Shown piece after piece: positions 59,478 to 64,000 of a stretch of DNA of 64,000 nt. Source of the DNA: Alphaproteobacteria bacterium. Its GTDB lineage: Bacteria; Pseudomonadota; Alphaproteobacteria; Bin95. A model generated the notes under the pieces. It made no database searches. It saw only the letters and a list, made by a program, of their open reading frames with translations, and was not told the DNA's origin. How positions within the stretch are numbered: position 1 is the stretch's first letter; each line of letters starts with the position of its first letter. The DNA lies in the NCBI GenBank assembly GCA_964291285.2, contig OZ219785.1, positions 832,001-896,000 on the forward strand. Reading direction: 5' to 3'. A program made the position numbers and the translations under genes.

Positions 59478-60470
59478 GTGGCGGAAGAAGCGCGCAGGTC
59501 CGTCCGCTTCCTTTCCGGGGCCGACCTTGACGGCCTCGGCCTCGGCATGGGCGAACTGGTGGACATTCTGGAGGAGGCGTTCCGGGCGAAGGCGGCGGGC
59601 GGGGCGGCGATGCCGCCCAAAATCTTCTTCCACCGGGACGGGCCGCGCTTCTACAGCGCGATGGTCTCGGCCAGCCCCGCGCTCGGCTATGCCGGCTGCA
59701 AGTGGCAGAGCGGCGACCCGGACAACCCGGCCGGGGGCCTGCCCTACATACAGGGCCTCTACATCCTCACCGAGGACGCCACGGGGCGCATGTGCGCGGT
59801 GATGGACGCGGAGTGGATCACCGGGCGGCGCACGGCCGCCGCCTCCGCGCTGGTCGTCCGGCATCTGGCGAAGGCGGGCGCCCGCACCCTCGGCATTCTC
59901 GGCTGCGGCCTGCAGGCGCGGGCGCATCTGGAAGCCGTCCACGCCGTCCGGCCCGGGTTCGACCGCTGCCTGTGCTACGACATCCACCCGGAACGCCAGC
60001 AGCGCTTCGTCGCGGAGATGAGGGGACGGTTCGGCTTCGCGTCCGTCGAGGGGACGGACGGGCCCGAAGGGGTCGCGCGCCGCGCGGATGTGCTGGTCAC
60101 CGGCGGGCCGATCGAGAAGGACCGCAGGCCCGTCATCCGGCCGGACTGGATCGGGGCCGGCGCGCTGGTCGTCACCATCGACTATGACAGCTATGTCACG
60201 GACGAGGCGATCCGGGCGATGGACCTGCTGCTGACCGACGATTTCGCCCAGATCGAGGACGCGCGGCTGCATGAGGGGAAGTTCCCGGCGGTGGACCGCG
60301 TGGATGCGACACTCGCGGAGCTGGTGGCGCATGGCAGGGGCGCCAGAACCTCCGATACGCAGCGGATTCTGGCCTTCAATCTCGGCATTGCGCTCGAGGA
60401 CCTGGCGACGGCCGTCGAGCTCCTGAAACGGGCCGAGCGGAGCGGCGCCGGGACGGTGCTGCCCCTGTAG
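59478..60470 (+). CDS. Ornithine cyclodeaminase/mu-crystallin family protein
   Basis: ITGRRTAAAS, GCGLQA, GIALED. Confidence 0.88.
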   Translation: MAEEARRSVRFLSGADLDGLGLGMGELVDILEEAFRAKAAGGAAMPPKIFFHRDGPRFYSAMVSASPALGYAGCKWQSGDPDNPAGGLPYIQGLYILTEDATGRMCAVMDAEWITGRRTAAASALVVRHLAKAGARTLGILGCGLQARAHLEAVHAVRPGFDRCLCYDIHPERQQRFVAEMRGRFGFASVEGTDGPEGVARRADVLVTGGPIEKDRRPVIRPDWIGAGALVVTIDYDSYVTDEAIRAMDLLLTDDFAQIEDARLHEGKFPAVDRVDATLAELVAHGRGARTSDTQRILAFNLGIALEDLATAVELLKRAERSGAGTVLPL

Positions 60471-60478
60471 CCGCCGTG

Positions 60479-61474
60479 TCAGGGCACGAGCAGGATCTTG
60501 CCGATATGCGCGCTCGACTCCATCAGCCGATGGGCCTCCGCGGCCTGCGTGAGCGGGAAGCGGGCATGGGTTACGGCGCGGAACGCGCCCGAGGCGAAGC
60601 GCGGCCAGGCATAGTCCGCGACCTCCTTGCAGATTTGCCCCTTCTCCTCGACGGAGCGCGGCCTCAGCATCGAGCCGGTCACGATCAGGTGCTTGCGCTG
60701 GACGAGGCCGAAATTCACCTCCGCCTCCGAGCCCCGCATGAAGGCCACGAAGCAGAGCCGCCCGCCATGGTTCAGCAATTCGAGCTGGCGCGGGATGTAG
60801 TCGCCGCCCACCATGTCGAGGATGACGTCGGCGCCGCCCGCCGCCTCGCGCGCGGCCGCCACGAAATCCTCCTCGCGGTAGTTGATCGCCCGGTCGGCGC
60901 CGAGCGCCTCGCAGGCCGCGACCTTCTCCGCGCTGCCGGCGGTCGCGAGCACGGTGCAGCCCCAGGCCTTGGCGAGCTGGATCGCGGTCGTGCCGATGCC
61001 GCTGGAGCCGCCCTGCACCAGGAAGGTCTCGCCGGGCCGGAGCGCGCAGGTCTGGAAGACATTGGCCCAGACGGTGGCGTAGGTCTCCGGCAGGCCGGCC
61101 GCATCGACCAGGTCCACGCCGTCGGGCACCGCCATGCACTGCGCGGCCGGCACGGCGGTGTATTCGCAGTAGCCGTCGCCGGACAAGAGCGCGCAGACCG
61201 GCTCGCCCACCGCCCGGCCCTCGACGCCCGCGCCGAGGGCGGCCACGGTGCCGGAGCATTCGAGGCCGATGATGTCGGAGGCGCCGGGCGGCAGCGGGTA
61301 GCTGCCGGCGCGCTGCATGCAGTCGGCGCGGTTGATGCCGGCGGCCGCGATGCGGATCAGCACCTCGCCGGGGCCGGGCGTCGGCACCGGGCGGCGTCCG
61401 GGCACCAGCGCCTCCGGGCCTCCGGGCACCGGGGTTTCCATAACGGTCATTTCGGCGGGCAATGCGTTGGCCAT
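60479..61474 (-). CDS. NAD(P)H-quinone oxidoreductase (PIG3-like)
   Basis: GINRAD, GLECSG, GGSSGIG, HIGKI. Confidence 0.9.
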   Translation of the reverse strand: MANALPAEMTVMETPVPGGPEALVPGRRPVPTPGPGEVLIRIAAAGINRADCMQRAGSYPLPPGASDIIGLECSGTVAALGAGVEGRAVGEPVCALLSGDGYCEYTAVPAAQCMAVPDGVDLVDAAGLPETYATVWANVFQTCALRPGETFLVQGGSSGIGTTAIQLAKAWGCTVLATAGSAEKVAACEALGADRAINYREEDFVAAAREAAGGADVILDMVGGDYIPRQLELLNHGGRLCFVAFMRGSEAEVNFGLVQRKHLIVTGSMLRPRSVEEKGQICKEVADYAWPRFASGAFRAVTHARFPLTQAAEAHRLMESSAHIGKILLVP

Positions 61475-61531
61475 CTCGGTCCATTCCGGGTAAAGGGCAG
61501 GGCCCGCGACATTCGCAAGCGGAGGCCCGCC

Positions 61532-61717
61532 ATGCAAGACGAAGACGAGAAACCCCGCCCGCCGGACTACACGCTCGGCGACGACCTCGCCCGGCTCTCG
61601 GTCGGCGACCTGGAGGAGCTCGCCGCCCGGCTCCGCGCCGAGGCCGACCGCGTCGACGAGGAGCGCGAGCGGAAAAAAGGCGCCATCGGCGGGGCGGCCG
61701 CCCTGTTCAGGAACTGA
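61532..61717 (+). CDS. DUF1192 family protein
   Basis: LGDDLARLSVGDLEE...AAALF. Confidence 0.8.
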   Translation: MQDEDEKPRPPDYTLGDDLARLSVGDLEELAARLRAEADRVDEERERKKGAIGGAAALFRN

Positions 61718-61797
61718 GCCGCAGCGTTGTTCAAGAAGCCAACCGGACATGCTAACATCCCTTGCAAGCCTGTACCGGAGCGGAGGAGCCGAGGGCT

Positions 61798-61998
61798 GTG
61801 AGAATCAAGGTCGATCCCGATCTCTGCGAGGGCCACAACCGCTGTTATGCGCTGGCGCCGGACCTGTTCGAGGTCGATGACTACGGGCTCTCCCGGGCGC
61901 AGAACGAAGGCATCGTGCCGCCGGGCCGGGAGGACGAGGCCCGGCTCGCTATCGACAATTGTCCCGAATTCGCGATTTCGGTCGTCGAAGAGGACTGA
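61798..61998 (+). CDS. 3Fe-4S ferredoxin (P450 partner)
   Basis: CEGHNRC...APDLF...CPE. Confidence 0.9.
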   Translation: MRIKVDPDLCEGHNRCYALAPDLFEVDDYGLSRAQNEGIVPPGREDEARLAIDNCPEFAISVVEED

Positions 61999-62013
61999 AG
62001 GGGGGACAGGCTG

Positions 62014-63249
62014 ATGACCGACGCGCCGGAAAGCTGCCCGGTCCACGACTGGGCGTCCGACTACGACATTTTCGACCCCGGCTATGTGCGCGACCCGGCG
62101 CCGGTCTGGGACGAGCTGCGCGAACGCTGCCCGATTGCGCACACGGAGCGCTGGGGCGGCTCCTGGATGCCGACCCGCTACGAGGACCTGCAGGCGCTCG
62201 TCAAGATGGTGCCGACGCTCTCCTCGCGCTCGGCGGTGGTGGTGCCGCCCTCGCCGGAGCTGCGCGAGGTGCTGGTGGCGGAGGCGAAGAAATACGGCAG
62301 CGAGAACCCGCCGATCACCGCCGACCCGCCCGAGCACCAGCCCTTCCGGCGGCTGATCCTGCCCTTCTTCTCGCCGCGCGCGGTGGAGGGGCACCTCCCC
62401 TATACGCAGGACCTCTGCAACAGCCTGATCGACGGGTTCGCGGACAGGGGCCGGGCCGACGCCGCGGCCGACTACGCCCAGCAGATCACGCCGCGCGTCA
62501 TCGCGCATGTGCTCGGCATCGACCCGGCGCGCGCCGGCGATTTCGTCGAGTGGGTGCGCGGCATCCTGGAGCTCGGCCAGACGCAGCCGGAAATGCGCAT
62601 CAAATATCGCGGCATCATCCGCGACTTCTTCCAGGAGATGGTGACCGAGCGGCGCAAGCATCCCCGCGGCGACGCGATCTCGACCCTGATCGAGGCCGAG
62701 GTCGAGGGCGAGAAGCTCGACGACTACAAGGTCGTCGGCGTTTGCTTCCTGCTGCTGGTGGCGGGCATCGACACCACCTGGAGCTCGATCTCCGCCTCGC
62801 TGCTGCATTTCGCGACCCACCCGGAGGACCAGGCGCGGCTCCGCGCCGAGCCGGAGCTGCTGCAGACGGCGGTGGAGGAGATGCTGCGCTTCTATTCGCC
62901 GGTCACCATGGGCCGCAAGGTGATGGAGCCGGTGGCGTTCGGCGGCGTCGAGATGAAGCCCGGCGACAAGGTGCTGCTCAACTTCCCCGGCGCCAACCGC
63001 GACCCGGCGGCGTTCGAGAAGCCCGACGAGGTGATCCTCGACCGCAAGCGCAACCGCCACATGGCGTTCGGCCTCGGCATCCACCGCTGCGCCGGCTCCA
63101 ACCTCGCGCGCATGGAGATGCAGGTGGCGCTGCGCACATGGTTCGAGCGCATCGGCCCCTTCGAGCTCGAGGACCCGGACGCGGTCACCTGGGCCGGCGG
63201 GCAGGTGCGGGGCCCGCGCACGGTGCCGGTCCGCTTCGCCGCCGCCTGA
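62014..63249 (+). CDS. Cytochrome P450
   Basis: AGIDTT, EEMLR, FGLGIHRCAG. Confidence 0.95.
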   Translation: MTDAPESCPVHDWASDYDIFDPGYVRDPAPVWDELRERCPIAHTERWGGSWMPTRYEDLQALVKMVPTLSSRSAVVVPPSPELREVLVAEAKKYGSENPPITADPPEHQPFRRLILPFFSPRAVEGHLPYTQDLCNSLIDGFADRGRADAAADYAQQITPRVIAHVLGIDPARAGDFVEWVRGILELGQTQPEMRIKYRGIIRDFFQEMVTERRKHPRGDAISTLIEAEVEGEKLDDYKVVGVCFLLLVAGIDTTWSSISASLLHFATHPEDQARLRAEPELLQTAVEEMLRFYSPVTMGRKVMEPVAFGGVEMKPGDKVLLNFPGANRDPAAFEKPDEVILDRKRNRHMAFGLGIHRCAGSNLARMEMQVALRTWFERIGPFELEDPDAVTWAGGQVRGPRTVPVRFAAA

Positions 63250-63281
63250 GGCGGGCGCAGGGCCCGCGGGAGGGAACGCCC

Positions 63282-64000
63282 ATGACCGACAGTCCGGAAC
63301 GCTGCCCGGTCGAGGACTGGGCCAGCGACTACGACATTTTCGACCCCGGCTATGTGCGCGACCCGGCGCCGGTGTGGAAGGAGCTTCGCGGGCGCTGCCC
63401 GATCGCGCACACCGAGCGCTGGGGCGGCTCCTGGCTGCCGACCCGCTACGAGCACCTGCAGCAGATGGTGAAGATGGTGCCGGCGCTCTCCTCCGCCTCG
63501 CCGCTGGTGGTGCCGCCCTCGCCGGAGATGCTGGAGATCCTGGAGGCGGAGACGGAGAAGCACGGCGAGACCAGCCGCACCCCGCCGATCACCTCCGACC
63601 CGCCGCGCCACCGGCCCTACCGGCGCCTCATCATGCCGCTGTTCAGCCCGCATGCGGTGGAGGGTTACATCCCCTACACGCGCACCCTCTGCAACCGGCT
63701 GATCGACGGCTTCGTCGCCGGGGGCCGGGCCGATGCGGCGGCGGACTATGCGGAGCAGATCACCCCGCGCGTCATCGCGCATATCCTCGGCATCGACCCG
63801 GCGCGCGCCGAGGAGTTCGTCGGCTGGGTGCGCGGCGTGCTGGAGATCGGGCTGACCGAGCCGGAGGAGATGGTGCGCTGCCGGACCGCCATCCGCAGCT
63901 TCTTCCAGGAGATGGTGACCGAGCGGCGCCGGAACCCCTGCGGCGACGCCATCTCCCTGCTGATCGACTCGGAGGCCGAGGGCGAGAAGCTGACCGACTA
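63282..64000 (+). CDS. Cytochrome P450, tandem paralog, runs off the window end
   Basis: Highly similar to the 5' part of 62014..63249. Confidence 0.9.
   Translation, partial: MTDSPERCPVEDWASDYDIFDPGYVRDPAPVWKELRGRCPIAHTERWGGSWLPTRYEHLQQMVKMVPALSSASPLVVPPSPEMLEILEAETEKHGETSRTPPITSDPPRHRPYRRLIMPLFSPHAVEGYIPYTRTLCNRLIDGFVAGGRADAAADYAEQITPRVIAHILGIDPARAEEFVGWVRGVLEIGLTEPEEMVRCRTAIRSFFQEMVTERRRNPCGDAISLLIDSEAEGEKLTD

Overview
GC-rich alphaproteobacterial chromosome window. The right part (about 22-64 kb) is mostly core and catabolic genes: DinG helicase, class I lysS, galU-ugd-pgm, dnaQ-coaE-aroE-maf-DUF299, a probable oriC, hemE-hemH-hemJ, trcR, parDE, an N-heterocycle catabolic cluster and two P450s. 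The left 22 kb is an accessory island. It holds a conjugative relaxase-helicase gene split by a CRISPR-like array (4 x 28-nt repeats, 3 x 33-nt unique spacers, exact 61-nt period) whose repeat is the gene's own coding sequence, which suggests a natural off-target 'neo-CRISPR'. The island also has three RHH genes, a low-GC four-gene candidate defence operon (hypothetical protein, two BrxD/DUF2791-like ATPases, SNF2 helicase, no pglX/pglZ), a duplicated GIY-YIG nuclease, two inverted IS1380 copies and a large FN3 autotransporter with a poly-C phase switch. Elsewhere there is an IS621-like IS110 with readable bridge-RNA guides and an IS701-like element carrying a passenger gene. All assignments come from reading motifs by eye; no database searches were run.
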